Virus record (IMG/VR): IMGVR_UViG_3300037755_001279
Span: 1 to 64,000 of that record
Reading direction: 5' to 3' (one strand)
Length of the DNA stretch: 64,000 nt
Origin: a virus
A model generated the notes under the pieces. The model was not told the DNA's origin, ran no database searches, and worked only from the letters and a program-made list of their open reading frames with translations. The translations under genes were made by a program, and so were the position numbers. The stretch's first letter is position 1; each line of letters begins with the position of its first letter. This document shows, one piece after another, positions 1 to 9,994 of this stretch.

Positions 1-592
1 CCGCGCTTCGATTGGAGAAATCGCCGTGGCGTAGATGACGTGCTTGCCGTCGATGTGCAGCCGCCACTCAGCTGTGTCGTTCGTTGACAACCGGCAGGGA
101 CCGATTGTGCGTGCGACCTCGTTGATGTAGTCGGAGTACGGATCTGTCCGGCAGCTAGCCGCGGGGCGCCATTCATCGTCACGGCTCACGGGCGGCATCT
201 TTCATCAGCTGCGCGAGCCGTGCGGCTTCGTCAACTACGCTTTTCGGCGGCTCGGAGCATTGATACACCAGGCCGCCCCAACCGCCGAGGGTATCGGCCG
301 CGCCGCAATTGTCACAGACGTAGTCATGCACGCCATCCGAGAATCGGATCTTGTGGCTCGGGTGCGGGCCGCTCATGTCATTGTGCCTTCCTTGAACACG
401 ACGTGTGCATGTTTCAATGTACGCCCGGACCAGAGGCACCCCTGACGCCGCGGGTGGACAAACGTCCCAGGACATTCGGTGCATTCGCCGCTCGACAGCC
501 GCACAGCCCCGACGTGATCAAGGTGCATTTCCACCGGCGCCGCGCAACGGCGGCAGATGTAGTGGATCTCGGGGAGCGGCGCGCGCGCCACG

Positions 593-1687
593 TCAGAGGC
601 CAGACCCATCGTCGTCCTCGTTGACTGCGCCGTCGAGTGTTTTATTGGCGCCTTGCGCCGGCTTGATGTTGTAGTCGACGGCGGTGAACGGTGGCTGCAG
701 CGGAGCTTCTTCCTGGACGTTCAACGGCGGCGCCGGCGGCGGAACAGGCGCGGCGTACCGGTAGCTCGCCGAGCAACCCGATACGTGCACGTCGATGTAC
801 TCCTTGACGGAGATCACGTTGGCGCCGGCACCGATCGTAACCGTGATCTCCGTCGGCGGAACGTTCAGCACCTCGAAGAAGCCGCAGGTGTCGGTGATCG
901 TCTCGACGGCGGTTTCCGGCGCTGGTTCGCCGTACCCGGCCCAATACGACGACCGACCCCAATACACAGCGGGCCACGACACCTTGACAGGGATGCCATT
1001 GACCGGCCAGCCGGTCGCGATGTCGAAAACGTGCCCGTTGAAGTAGCAGGTGCGCGGCTTTGGAGGCGCGGCGCCAAGAATATCCGCCGTGAGCGCCTCA
1101 GCCGGCGTTACATGGCCAATCGTGCCCCATGAACCGGCCGCGCCATCGACCATGCGCGGTTCCTCTTGCAGCTCGCTGGTCACTGTCCCGCCGGTCATCG
1201 GCGGCGTGAACGGTTCCGCCGCGCGCCCTGCGCCCGTGGTGACGTCGCCGCTCAAGATGGCCCTGACGTGCGCGTCGCTGTCGAAGTTGCACAGGTGGCG
1301 GATGTTGTCGAGGCTCACGCCGGCTGCCGCCACGTCCGCGGCGAGCGCACGACGTGCCGCCAAGAACTGCTCCCACAGCATCGGCGTCGGCACGCGGACC
1401 GGCTGCCGCGGCGCCGGCTTTTCGATCACCGGCATCGCCTTGACGCCACCGAGCGCAGCGCGATGTGCGTCGATCAGAGCGTCGATTTGCGGTAGCATCA
1501 TCTCGGAGGTGATGATGGCGAGGCGCAGCTCGTTGCGTTCTTCGAGCGCCTCTTCGAACGCTGCAACGGCCTGCGCCTGCTTGTTGGCCGCGTCCGGCGG
1601 GCGGTGAACGGTGACCGTCTGCCCGGCAAAGCCGGGGTTGGTGATGAGGCCAGGCAGGTTCAACTTGTGAACTGGATCATGTCCCAT
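593..1687 (-). CDS. Hypothetical protein with C-terminal carboxypeptidase-regulatory-like beta-sandwich
   Basis: GHVFDIATGWPVNGIPVKV...TDTCGFFEVLNVPP pattern; own promoter at 1698-1718. Confidence 0.55.
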   Translation of the reverse strand: MGHDPVHKLNLPGLITNPGFAGQTVTVHRPPDAANKQAQAVAAFEEALEERNELRLAIITSEMMLPQIDALIDAHRAALGGVKAMPVIEKPAPRQPVRVPTPMLWEQFLAARRALAADVAAAGVSLDNIRHLCNFDSDAHVRAILSGDVTTGAGRAAEPFTPPMTGGTVTSELQEEPRMVDGAAGSWGTIGHVTPAEALTADILGAAPPKPRTCYFNGHVFDIATGWPVNGIPVKVSWPAVYWGRSSYWAGYGEPAPETAVETITDTCGFFEVLNVPPTEITVTIGAGANVISVKEYIDVHVSGCSASYRYAAPVPPPAPPLNVQEEAPLQPPFTAVDYNIKPAQGANKTLDGAVNEDDDGSGL

Positions 1688-1720
1688 GGTGTCCGGGACG
1701 GTAGCACAACGGTCCGACAG

Positions 1721-1978
1721 CTACGACGGTGCGCGGCCACCGGCCGCCGCCCTTGCGATTTCTAGCGCCTTGACCGCCTCGTCCATTTCACGCTGCCACT
1801 GTTGCCGGCGGTGCAGATGATCAGTTTCCAACATTCGACGCTGCGTTTCCAACGCGTTGTCGCGCATGGTCCGCTCGGCCTCTAACTCCATGACGCGACG
1901 CAGCGTCCGCTCGAATTCAGCGATGAGATCGGCGCGTTCATCGAGCGGGATCGTACCGGGCGGTATGTGGATCGGCAT
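1721..1978 (-). CDS. Small coiled-coil hypothetical protein
   Basis: ORF track; GTCGGA-type promoter 6 nt upstream of ATG. Confidence 0.6.
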   Translation of the reverse strand: MPIHIPPGTIPLDERADLIAEFERTLRRVMELEAERTMRDNALETQRRMLETDHLHRRQQWQREMDEAVKALEIARAAAGGRAPS

Positions 1979-1990
1979 ACATGATCGGTA

Positions 1991-2305
1991 TCACGCGGGT
2001 CCGACGACCTCTACACGTGGGAAGACGTGAGATCGGCCGACCGCGTACCGCGCACGTACTAACGCGCGCGCCGATCGCGGCCAGGTGACCAGCACGAGCA
2101 CGGGTGCGACGCCGAGTTGAAGCGCAGCACGTAGGCGATGTGTACCCTCCAACGTAAACCACACGTCGGTATGCACATCGTAATACGCACGGATGCGCGG
2201 TGGGCCGCGTTGGAGCATCTCGGCGACCACGTGCTGTACGTGGGCCGGCCGGTAGTGCGCATGGAGCGGTGTCACGAGTACGTTGCTCACGCGCATCTCT
2301 GGCAT
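1991..2305 (-). CDS. ParB/Srx N-terminal-like protein
   Basis: PPRI...FTLEGTHRLRAALQLG motif; start coupled to upstream stop. Confidence 0.65.
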   Translation of the reverse strand: MPEMRVSNVLVTPLHAHYRPAHVQHVVAEMLQRGPPRIRAYYDVHTDVWFTLEGTHRLRAALQLGVAPVLVLVTWPRSARALVRARYAVGRSHVFPRVEVVGPA

Positions 2306-2586
2306 TACGTGAGTCCGACGATGTGTAGCAGATCGGTTACGACGATCGCAGGGTCGCGCGGGCGAGACAGCGGCGGCAGGTCGCTGTTGTGCCACAGGGG
2401 TGCACCAAGCGGCCGCGGCCCCAGCGGGACGAACAGCAGCAGCGACCGCGTTTGACTTGCGACGACACGATAGCGGGCCCAACGAATTTCTAGTGGCACT
2501 TCGAGGAGTGCGTGCCAGCGAAACAGCGTAGGGACGACGCCGTACGTAGCGAACGCCGCGTGCCAGGCGATGAGCAAGTCACTCAT
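2305..2586 (-). CDS. 'WHEALAA' paralog family protein
   Basis: LIAWHAAFATYGVVPTLFRW resembles N-termini of ORFs at 8913, 23853, 28748. Confidence 0.6.
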   Translation of the reverse strand: MSDLLIAWHAAFATYGVVPTLFRWHALLEVPLEIRWARYRVVASQTRSLLLFVPLGPRPLGAPLWHNSDLPPLSRPRDPAIVVTDLLHIVGLT

Positions 2587-2593
2587 TCGTTGG

Positions 2594-2890
2594 TCACGGC
2601 TCTTCACCCCAAGCGGCGACGAAGGTTGACGTCAAGCGCGTGCCAGACGTGACCGTCGGGTTGTCGGCGCGTGCTTCGGCTTCGATTTTGTTCATGCACT
2701 TCAAGCAGATGATCGACCAGTTGGGGTGAAACACCATGGCACGGGGTTGCGCCGCGCGTCGTGTGACGATAACGGCGTACATGGCCGCGTTCTCGGTGTC
2801 ACCGTTGCCGCAAAACTCGCAATCGGTCACGTGCGTCGTCGGTTCCAACGAAACGCAGCGGTACGACACGATGGGGGCGCGGGTGCTCAT
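2594..2890 (-). CDS. Zn-finger hypothetical protein
   Basis: CEFC ... CLKC pair. Confidence 0.5.
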   Translation of the reverse strand: MSTRAPIVSYRCVSLEPTTHVTDCEFCGNGDTENAAMYAVIVTRRAAQPRAMVFHPNWSIICLKCMNKIEAEARADNPTVTSGTRLTSTFVAAWGEEP

Positions 2891-3047
2891 GGTTTTACCG
2901 CCTCGGCCGTCGCATGTTGCGCTCCCACCAGTACCGCGTGTAGACGCCGACGCCGATGCCGACGATGAACGTCGCGACGCCACCGATGATTTGATCAAGC
3001 ATGGCGGGAACCCTATCAATTCTCGTTTGCGAAGGCAAGCTCTTGGG

Positions 3048-3626
3048 CTATCGGCGCCGCACCTTGCCTTTGGCCGGCTTGCCGGCCTTGGGCATCACCA
3101 GCTTGACGATCCCGTAGCCCAGGGCCTTGGCCATCTCCTTGAGGTCACGGAGATCCTGTCGCTTCGTCTCGGCGGATGTCAGGATCCGTGCCTGCGGTGC
3201 CGGCGGCGCGTCGTCCCAGCCGCGGGACTTGCGCTTGTCGCGCCACTCCAGGATCAACTTCGCACGGTCGGCCCAGACCGTGGCGCGCTCTTCGTCACGC
3301 TGCGTGGCGCCGATGACATGGCCGACGAGGTCGGCTGCGACGAGGAACAACTCGGCCGGTAGATCCTTGATGAATTCCGGCGCCAGGTTGGCGACCGCGT
3401 GATCAGCGATGCCCTTCAGCGCCTCGATCAGTGCGCCGGCGTCGGTCAAGCGCGCGTCCGGCGTTAGTGCACGCTCGGCTTCCAGTTCACGCCGGAGATC
3501 CTCGGCGCGCATCTCGGCATCGCTGGCGCGCTTCTGCAGCCTGTCGCGCAGCTCGACGGCCATCACGATGGTCTGGCCGCTGGGGTTGTTGAGGTGGCCT
3601 TCGATCTTGTCTTGGGGTGTAGTCAC
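3048..3626 (-). CDS. Hypothetical helical protein
   Basis: ORF track; GTCGGA promoter 7 nt upstream of GTG. Confidence 0.65.
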   Translation of the reverse strand: MTTPQDKIEGHLNNPSGQTIVMAVELRDRLQKRASDAEMRAEDLRRELEAERALTPDARLTDAGALIEALKGIADHAVANLAPEFIKDLPAELFLVAADLVGHVIGATQRDEERATVWADRAKLILEWRDKRKSRGWDDAPPAPQARILTSAETKRQDLRDLKEMAKALGYGIVKLVMPKAGKPAKGKVRRR

Positions 3627-3641
3627 GGCGCGCAGCGTACC

Positions 3642-3941
3642 TCAACCCTCCGACGGCTTGGACAGCAGCCACCCGCTGAAGTCCGCCCAGCTCTGACGCG
3701 CGCCGCAGATGCCGCACGCCTTGCCCTTGATCCACTTCTGCCGGCCGTACCCGTTGTCGTGCTCCCAATTGTATTCCGTCACGAATTTAGCCGGGTGGTC
3801 GCAGTTTTCGGCAAGTTTGATACGCGCGGCGGCGATGCGCATCCTGAAGCGCTTGTCGACTCGCGCTTTCTCGGCTTCGTATACGGTGATCATGCGCTCG
3901 TAAGCGTCGAGCTGCCGCTTGCGTTTGGCTGCTGCCGTCAC
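3642..3941 (-). CDS. Hypothetical protein (CDH...CGIC)
   Basis: ORF track; overlapping start/stop with upstream gene. Confidence 0.55.
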   Translation of the reverse strand: MTAAAKRKRQLDAYERMITVYEAEKARVDKRFRMRIAAARIKLAENCDHPAKFVTEYNWEHDNGYGRQKWIKGKACGICGARQSWADFSGWLLSKPSEG

Positions 3942-4261
3942 TTGGGTAGTTCCGCGGACGCTTCAAGCTGGTCTGCCAGCGCACGCAGCTGCGCCGGCGT
4001 GGCATCCCACAGATACCAGTTGGAGAGCTTGATCTCCGTGCCGTCGTGTAGCTTGAACGGAACGCCGACGTCATGCTTCACGCCGACCGTCGGTGGCAGT
4101 ATGTCTGAGCGCAGTACGTACAGCTCTAACGCGCGCCAGACGCCTTCCAAGTCTGCTCGGTCGATGTTTTCGGTGATCTTCGTGATGATGGTTGGCGCCG
4201 GGTTAGGTGCCAACAACGTCGCTGTCAGCACGGCTCCTGCGGCGTCTTTGGGTGTGGTCAT
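3938..4261 (-). CDS. Hypothetical protein
   Basis: ATG 6 nt after GTCGGA-type promoter. Confidence 0.55.
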   Translation of the reverse strand: MTTPKDAAGAVLTATLLAPNPAPTIITKITENIDRADLEGVWRALELYVLRSDILPPTVGVKHDVGVPFKLHDGTEIKLSNWYLWDATPAQLRALADQLEASAELPK

Positions 4262-4392
4262 CCCTCGTTTGTAGCATCCCGGTCCGACGCCTCGCGGTTC
4301 TGCGTCGCTTGTCCTGAAGCTAAACTCCGGCCGGTGTGGCAGCCGCGGCGGGATCAGCGGCGGTGCATTCAAGCGGGCGCGGTCGCGGCGAC

Positions 4393-4761
4393 TCATGGTG
4401 CAGCGTCACCCCCGTCCGATGCCTCAGGATCTGGCACCGTCCGTCCGAGCTGTTCCATCGCCTTGTCCTGCAACGCTGCGAACAACGGCGTCCACCAGAT
4501 CGACATGAACCCGATGAGCGGCACGACGGCGTAGAGCTGCCAGGTGGCGGTGAGCCCAAGGAACGGCACGTGTAAAACGGCGCCGCTAGCGCCGAAGACC
4601 AAGCCGTACCAAAAGCCGCTGCACGCGGCGCAGTCGGCGACGTGCGCCAAGCGTATGGCAGCGATCAACGCATGGATGGGCTGCATGATGACCGCACGGG
4701 ACAACAGGTAGAACGTCACGGCGGTGAGGATGGGGTAGAGGACGATGCCATCGATGATCAT
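4393..4761 (-). CDS. DUF1360-like membrane protein
   Basis: Several hydrophobic helices with CAACSGFW motif. Confidence 0.55.
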   Translation of the reverse strand: MIIDGIVLYPILTAVTFYLLSRAVIMQPIHALIAAIRLAHVADCAACSGFWYGLVFGASGAVLHVPFLGLTATWQLYAVVPLIGFMSIWWTPLFAALQDKAMEQLGRTVPDPEASDGGDAAP

Positions 4762-4974
4762 GCGTTGGCTTTCTGTTTGGCGTGCGGGGTTTTCATTTGA
4801 CCAGCCCCGGCGGTAGCCAGCCACTCCAGCCACAGCTGCACTGGTACAACCGTACGGTGCCCGGCGTGTAGCTGTTGATGGTGCTGATGGTGTGCGTGTT
4901 TGGGATGCCCTCGACGAGCGCGTGACCTGGCGCGGTGTGCTGTTGCACCCGTTCGCGTTCACGTTTGGTCAGCG

Positions 4975-5229
4975 TCACGGTAGCTTGCCCCGCGGTGTTT
5001 CTACCGGCGTCTTGTCTAACTCGGCGTCGATGTCTTCGAGGCTGACGCACAGCGTTGTCTGACAGACCATGCACCTCGTCCAATGCTCGTCTCCGGTGGG
5101 GCTCTTGCCGAGGTACGCAAATGCGCCGTCGGCGGGGCATTGACGTTTTGCGCGATGAGTTGCGCGCGCAATGCGGTTGGTCGTAAGCGCGGCTGTGATC
5201 ACGGCCTGGTTGTCGTCGCTGACTGACAT
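4975..5229 (-). CDS. Small Zn-ribbon-like protein
   Basis: CPAD...CMVC. Confidence 0.45.
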   Translation of the reverse strand: MSVSDDNQAVITAALTTNRIARATHRAKRQCPADGAFAYLGKSPTGDEHWTRCMVCQTTLCVSLEDIDAELDKTPVETPRGKLP

Positions 5230-5281
5230 CAGCCGGCGCTTCCGCAGGTGTTGCAGGACCAGCCGCACCACTTATTCATGG

Positions 5282-5851
5282 CTAGTTACCGTCGCCGATG
5301 CGATCCTTGCGCTCTTCGCTGGTCGGATCAAGCGCTGCGCCGGCACGCGCGATGCTGGCGCCTTGGACACCGGACCAGCGGTCGCAGAGGTAGTTGTCGG
5401 CAGTGAAGCCGTCGCACTTCTCTGACGTCTTTTCCGTGCACAACCCCTGGATGCCGAGGATCGGGTCACGCTGCAAGATCGATTTCTCGAAACGATCAAG
5501 ATGAACCGCCGCCATTGCGATGCCCTCGGCTTGTTTGAGCAGCTCGTTGGCAGCTTCGTCACGGCGTGCGTGGCAACGCTTGTACTTCTGCCCGGACCCG
5601 CACGGACACAGGGCATTGCGGCCGGTCTGGCGCAGCCGTAGGACAGCGGCCGGGTCGGCGGGCATCGCAGCCACCCGTTGCTTGTGCCCGGCGATGCGCG
5701 CTTCCTCGGCCGGCCGGCTGGCGCGTTTCCAGTGTTCGAAGCTCACTTCGGGCGTCGCACGGCCGGTGCAATTCCAGCACCCTTGGGCGATTTCGAACGT
5801 GCGCCCTGGAATCGGAATGTTGATCTTGTTCGGGTTGTTGACCTTGCTCAC
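5282..5851 (-). CDS. SEC-C motif-containing protein
   Basis: GRNALCPCGSGQKYKRCH exact SEC-C zinc motif inserted in a Cys-containing domain. Confidence 0.8.
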   Translation of the reverse strand: MSKVNNPNKINIPIPGRTFEIAQGCWNCTGRATPEVSFEHWKRASRPAEEARIAGHKQRVAAMPADPAAVLRLRQTGRNALCPCGSGQKYKRCHARRDEAANELLKQAEGIAMAAVHLDRFEKSILQRDPILGIQGLCTEKTSEKCDGFTADNYLCDRWSGVQGASIARAGAALDPTSEERKDRIGDGN

Positions 5852-5962
5852 TAACCTGGTGTATACACTACGGGTCCGACATGTAAAGCTCGCAGGAAAT
5901 CGGCACGGTTCTTGCTACGAAAAAATATAGCGTAGCTATAATAAATCGCGTTGGCGAGTCTT

Positions 5963-5989
5963 GATCGTGTACGCGATCCGGCTTAGGGT
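5963..5989 (+). promoter_or_regulatory. GATCG-N6-CGATC palindrome plus -10 TAGGGT
   Basis: One of 8 perfect intergenic copies; ATG at 6001. Confidence 0.7.
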
Positions 5990-6000
5990 TTGCATCACAA

Positions 6001-8133
6001 ATGCCCCCAGCCAAGCAGCCGCCGCCGCGCCCGGGAATCGACCTCGAAACGCTGCTCAAGATGACGGAACCACTGACGGTTCACGTCATGCGCATCCGAG
6101 GGACCCAGAAAGAGACCATCCCGCTGGAAGCGCGGGAAGGCTACGGCGCGTCCGGCGTCGGGTGGACGATCGAGGACGTTCGCGCCATCGACAACGAGGT
6201 CAACCAGGTTTCCGGTGGCGGCGTCTACGAGGTGCAAGTCATCGACGGCAACCCGAACGGGGCGGTGTCGACACGTTGGACGTTCATCCTCGATCCGAAC
6301 CTGTACCCGATGAAGGCGCCGACGACGATCCCGACGGCGGGCGCGGGGTACGGTTCGCAGGCCATTGGTGGGTACGGCTACATTCCGCCGGCGCCGACAG
6401 CCGCGCCGTACGGCTACGGTCGGCCGGCGCAGCCGCCGGTGATGATGATGCAGCCTCAACCGGCGTACGGCGCGCGCACACCGATCGCCGCGCCGACGGA
6501 CCCGTCGGCCCAGGCTCAGCTCATGCAGATGCAGAACGAGCTTCATCGTCGCGACCTGGCGATGATCGAGGAGCGGCATCGGCACGAGCGTGAGCTGCAG
6601 GTGCAGCAGCAAGCCGTCGCGACGTCGAAGCGTGATCCGCACGTCGAGCGCGAGCTGGTCGAAGCCCGGCGCGTCGCCGAAGAGGCGAAGCGCGCCGCCG
6701 AACAGGAGCGCGAGCGGCATGAGCGCGCCGAGGCCGCGCGGCAGGCCAAGGATGAGCGCGACGCAGTCGAGCGGCGTGCGGAGGACCGTGCACGGCAGAT
6801 CGAGGCGCAGCTTGCTGCCGACCGCAAGGCGGCCGACGATCGCTTCAACGCGATGATGCAGCAGCAGCAGCAGCAGCAGCAGCAGTTTCAGGCGACGCTG
6901 ACGCAGCTCATGCAGCGGCCGACCGGGCCTGACCCGATGGTCACCCTGCTGCTGGAACAGCGCCGTGGTGAGGCCGACGCGGCGCGTGAGACGGCGCGTA
7001 TTGAAGCCGAGACGCAGCGTGAGATCGCACGGCTGCGTACGGAGGCCGAGCGTGCCTCCGCGACCGCGCAGGTCGAAGCTGCCCGCGTCAACTCCGAAAG
7101 CCAGCAGCGGCTGGTCACCACCGTCCAGGCGATGATGGCCCCGAATCAGATGTCGCCGATGGACGCCGCGCGCATCGTCAAGGACGCGTCGTCGGGCGCG
7201 GACGCGATCACGCGGTCGGTGATCGCCACCACCGAACAGATGCTCAACATGAGCCGTGAATTCACGAGCAACATGTTGCAGATGGCGCCGCAGGGTGAAG
7301 GCGTCGCTGGCCGTGTTGTCGGCGCGCTGGAAAACGCCGTGACGACTTGGACGCAGGGGCAGGCGCAGGCACAAGCGGCGCACGCCAACGCCGTGCGTGA
7401 GCAGGCGCGTACCGAGCAGGCGCGCATGAACTGGCAGCCGCCGCCGCCGGTGGCGCCCACGGGCGCCGCTGCGCCGCAGCCCGCGGCGGATCCCGGTGCC
7501 GCACCCAGCGGACCGTTGAACGGCATGGGCCAGGCGCCGGTGAACCCCATCGCGGTGTCGGGCGCCGGTGACACCGTGCGCAATGGCAAGAGCGACAACG
7601 ACTGGTTTGGCCCGGCGTTGCGTGATGTGCTCGTGCTGCGCACGGGCGCCGCCGAGTACCTCGCTGCCGTCGGCAGCCAGCACGTCAACCTCGGGCAACC
7701 GAGCAACGAGCCGGTCACCGTGCTCACCGAGGACGGCAAGGGATCGCTCGGCGCCTCGCCGTTCCGCGCCGCGAAGTACCTGGTCATGGCGGCGGCGGAG
7801 ATCGAGAACAAGCACATCCCTGTCGAAGCCTTCAACTACTTCTACAAGCAGCAGATGTACCCGGCGCTCGTCGAGATCATCCTGCCCGATGTTCCGCGCG
7901 AGTACCGTGACGACGTCCTGCGCTACTTCAACCGGCTGCTGGCCGGCGAACAGGCGCACAACGAGAACGACCCACCGATGTTCGGCATCGATCGATTCCT
8001 CGACGACGAGGAAGGCGAAGAGGAAGCTGACGGCGCAAGCAACGGACACGGCCCGACGGAGATCCCACCGCCGGTGGTCCGTGAGTCAGTGCCGGCCGTA
8101 CGCGGTGCTCGACCGACGCCGGGGCGGCGCTGA
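6001..8133 (+). CDS. 710-aa Gln/Ala/Pro-rich coiled-coil protein (possible assembly scaffold)
   Basis: Long ORF with GC3-type codon pattern, globular ends, central coiled coil and poly-Q. Confidence 0.8.
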   Translation: MPPAKQPPPRPGIDLETLLKMTEPLTVHVMRIRGTQKETIPLEAREGYGASGVGWTIEDVRAIDNEVNQVSGGGVYEVQVIDGNPNGAVSTRWTFILDPNLYPMKAPTTIPTAGAGYGSQAIGGYGYIPPAPTAAPYGYGRPAQPPVMMMQPQPAYGARTPIAAPTDPSAQAQLMQMQNELHRRDLAMIEERHRHERELQVQQQAVATSKRDPHVERELVEARRVAEEAKRAAEQERERHERAEAARQAKDERDAVERRAEDRARQIEAQLAADRKAADDRFNAMMQQQQQQQQQFQATLTQLMQRPTGPDPMVTLLLEQRRGEADAARETARIEAETQREIARLRTEAERASATAQVEAARVNSESQQRLVTTVQAMMAPNQMSPMDAARIVKDASSGADAITRSVIATTEQMLNMSREFTSNMLQMAPQGEGVAGRVVGALENAVTTWTQGQAQAQAAHANAVREQARTEQARMNWQPPPPVAPTGAAAPQPAADPGAAPSGPLNGMGQAPVNPIAVSGAGDTVRNGKSDNDWFGPALRDVLVLRTGAAEYLAAVGSQHVNLGQPSNEPVTVLTEDGKGSLGASPFRAAKYLVMAAAEIENKHIPVEAFNYFYKQQMYPALVEIILPDVPREYRDDVLRYFNRLLAGEQAHNENDPPMFGIDRFLDDEEGEEEADGASNGHGPTEIPPPVVRESVPAVRGARPTPGRR
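6859..6885 (+). repeat. (CAG)9 poly-glutamine tract
   Basis: Nine perfect CAG units in frame. Confidence 0.95.
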
Positions 8134-8504
8134 TGCCGGAGCTGAAGCTGCGCGTGAATCGTGACGCGGGCACGCCGTTCAAATGGTCACGGGTCGTGCA
8201 GCACACGTTGCTGGTCAAGACGGGTACGCGCGGCCTGTCCATCGGGCTGATCGTAGACATCGGCGAGATCACCGTGCTTGCTGTCGAAGCGGCGGCGATC
8301 GATGGTGATCTGCAGGCTGCGCTCGACGATCACGGACACACGGTCATCGGTACATTCCGCAAGCTGCCGCGCGCCAAGGCTGCAGCCGAGCGGTATGCCC
8401 GCAAGTGGATCCGCGGGCAGGTCGCTGCGGCGTCGTGTGGGTGTGCCGAGATTCCGCCGCCAGCGCTGTCGGCGCCGGCGCGCATCAACGCCAAGATCAA
8501 CTGA
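8133..8504 (+). CDS. Hypothetical protein
   Basis: TGATG overlap with previous gene. Confidence 0.6.
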   Translation: MPELKLRVNRDAGTPFKWSRVVQHTLLVKTGTRGLSIGLIVDIGEITVLAVEAAAIDGDLQAALDDHGHTVIGTFRKLPRAKAAAERYARKWIRGQVAAASCGCAEIPPPALSAPARINAKIN

Positions 8505-8515
8505 AGGGACGTTCC

Positions 8516-8929
8516 ATGCAAATCACGTTTTCCGGTTCCGACCTCGCCAAGCTCATCGAAGCGCGGGCGCAGCAGATCCAGACCGACGCTGCCGCTGACT
8601 TGGAGGCGGCGCAGCGTGCGGAGCGCGCGCAGCAAGCGGCGTTTGACGCAGACCCGCCGATCATGCTGCTGGGTGAAGGCCCGCCCGACGAGGCGACAGC
8701 TGCCGCATCGGCGGCAGCGCGCACGGCCAGCGTCAGCGCTGACCGCGAACGCCGCTACGGCAGCTTCACCACGTCGATCGACCGTCAGGTCGGCTGGATG
8801 CGCACCGTTGCCGAGCGCATCGCCAAGATGCCCGAAGTTGCCGTGACACTCGATGCGCTGATCAAGCTCAACCTGTGGCCGTTCGGGTCATCGCCGACGC
8901 CGGGGGGCCAGATCAGGGCGTTGCTCTAA
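8516..8929 (+). CDS. Hypothetical protein
   Basis: RBS-like GAAGGG then ATG. Confidence 0.55.
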   Translation: MQITFSGSDLAKLIEARAQQIQTDAAADLEAAQRAERAQQAAFDADPPIMLLGEGPPDEATAAASAAARTASVSADRERRYGSFTTSIDRQVGWMRTVAERIAKMPEVAVTLDALIKLNLWPFGSSPTPGGQIRALL

Positions 8930-9239
8930 GATCGTCGAGCAGCCGCCGGAGCATCACGACAGCTGCGACGTGGTAGAACCAACCAGCCGGGCTGACGTTG
9001 ATGATGCCGACCCGCCGTCCGGCAGTAGGTCCGTGCACTACGTATAGATGTGCGTCGTTACGTATAAGCGCGCCGGTTTGCCATGCGACGCGATCGGGCG
9101 TGCCGTGCTGCATGTTCCACGTGAATGTCGTCGGTGTGATTCTGCGCGCCGCGAGCGCTTCATGCCAGGCAGCGAGCGGGTCTTCGTCAGTGTGCCGCGG
9201 CGGAGTGGATCGCTGTACCATGTCGAGCCAACTAGACAC
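8913..9239 (-). CDS. 'WHEALAA' paralog family protein
   Basis: LAAWHEALAARRITPTTFTW. Confidence 0.65.
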   Translation of the reverse strand: MSSWLDMVQRSTPPRHTDEDPLAAWHEALAARRITPTTFTWNMQHGTPDRVAWQTGALIRNDAHLYVVHGPTAGRRVGIINVSPAGWFYHVAAVVMLRRLLDDLRATP

Positions 9240-9585
9240 GCTTCAGCCACCGGCGCTCGTCGAGGTACGCACGGTTGATCTGGTACTCGGCGTTCGAGAT
9301 GCGCAGCAGCGTGAAGAGGCTGATGGCACCGCTCGCGATCAACGATCCCAGCAACGCCTTCCGCCAGGGCACGCCGACGGCCAGCATGAACGGGGCGATC
9401 ATGACGGTGCGGGCGACGGTCCAGCCGATGAGTCGGATCCCGGACCCGTTCTTTTTCTCCAGCACGTCGGCGACGGTGTTGTACGTCGGCAGCGCTGGCG
9501 TCTTCGTCCCGTTGGCGTCGCTGCAAGCGCCGCTCGGCAGGTGGCACCAGGCGTTCTTGCGCGGGTCGTAGACGATGTCGCTCAT
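9232..9585 (-). CDS. Small two-TM membrane protein, putative virion component
   Basis: Two hydrophobic segments, basic C-terminus. Confidence 0.6.
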   Translation of the reverse strand: MSDIVYDPRKNAWCHLPSGACSDANGTKTPALPTYNTVADVLEKKNGSGIRLIGWTVARTVMIAPFMLAVGVPWRKALLGSLIASGAISLFTLLRISNAEYQINRAYLDERRWLKRV

Positions 9586-9631
9586 GCCTGCCGACTAGCT
9601 TACCGCGGTGTCGCCGTATGGCGCAACCGGT

Positions 9632-9955
9632 TCACGGCGCGGCAATGGCGGAGCTGTCGTACTGGACGTACGACAGGTTCGGCGCCTCGACGACGGTGAA
9701 CGTCACCGTCAGCTCGCTGCCGATGGGGACACCGGGCGCCGTCACCTTGATGCTGCCGGGCCCAGCGCCGACGCCGGTGATCAGCACCTGACGGTTGTTG
9801 GTGGGATTCACCGCAGCGGACGCGACGAGGGTGTTGTTGTTGGTGAGCTGCAGCGCCTCGGTGGTGTCCGGCGTGACGCCATCGGGGCCGAAGTCGGTCA
9901 CGTTGACGGCCATGATCTGACCAGGTGCGAACGAAGGAAGGACTTGTGTGGACAT
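9632..9955 (-). CDS. Ig-like (BIG2-type) domain protein
   Basis: NNNTLVASAAV...VLITGVGAGPGSIKVTA beta pattern. Confidence 0.55.
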   Translation of the reverse strand: MSTQVLPSFAPGQIMAVNVTDFGPDGVTPDTTEALQLTNNNTLVASAAVNPTNNRQVLITGVGAGPGSIKVTAPGVPIGSELTVTFTVVEAPNLSYVQYDSSAIAAP

Positions 9956-9994
9956 GTTTCGAACGACGCTACACCAACGTGGGTGTGGATGTCA

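Noticed and set aside
2329-2347. GATCG-N7-CGATC variant
   Set aside because: Wrong spacing and inside a coding region; not counted with the palindrome family
5995-8049. 684-aa minus-strand ORF and similar long antisense ORFs (e.g. 27797-28810, 43470-44591, 59358-60503)
   Set aside because: Shadows of well-supported opposite-strand genes in GC-rich DNA; R/H/V-rich translations with no motifs
6001-8133. Tape-measure protein
   Set aside because: No flanking tail tube, chaperone or baseplate genes; Pro-rich segments and globular ends are atypical
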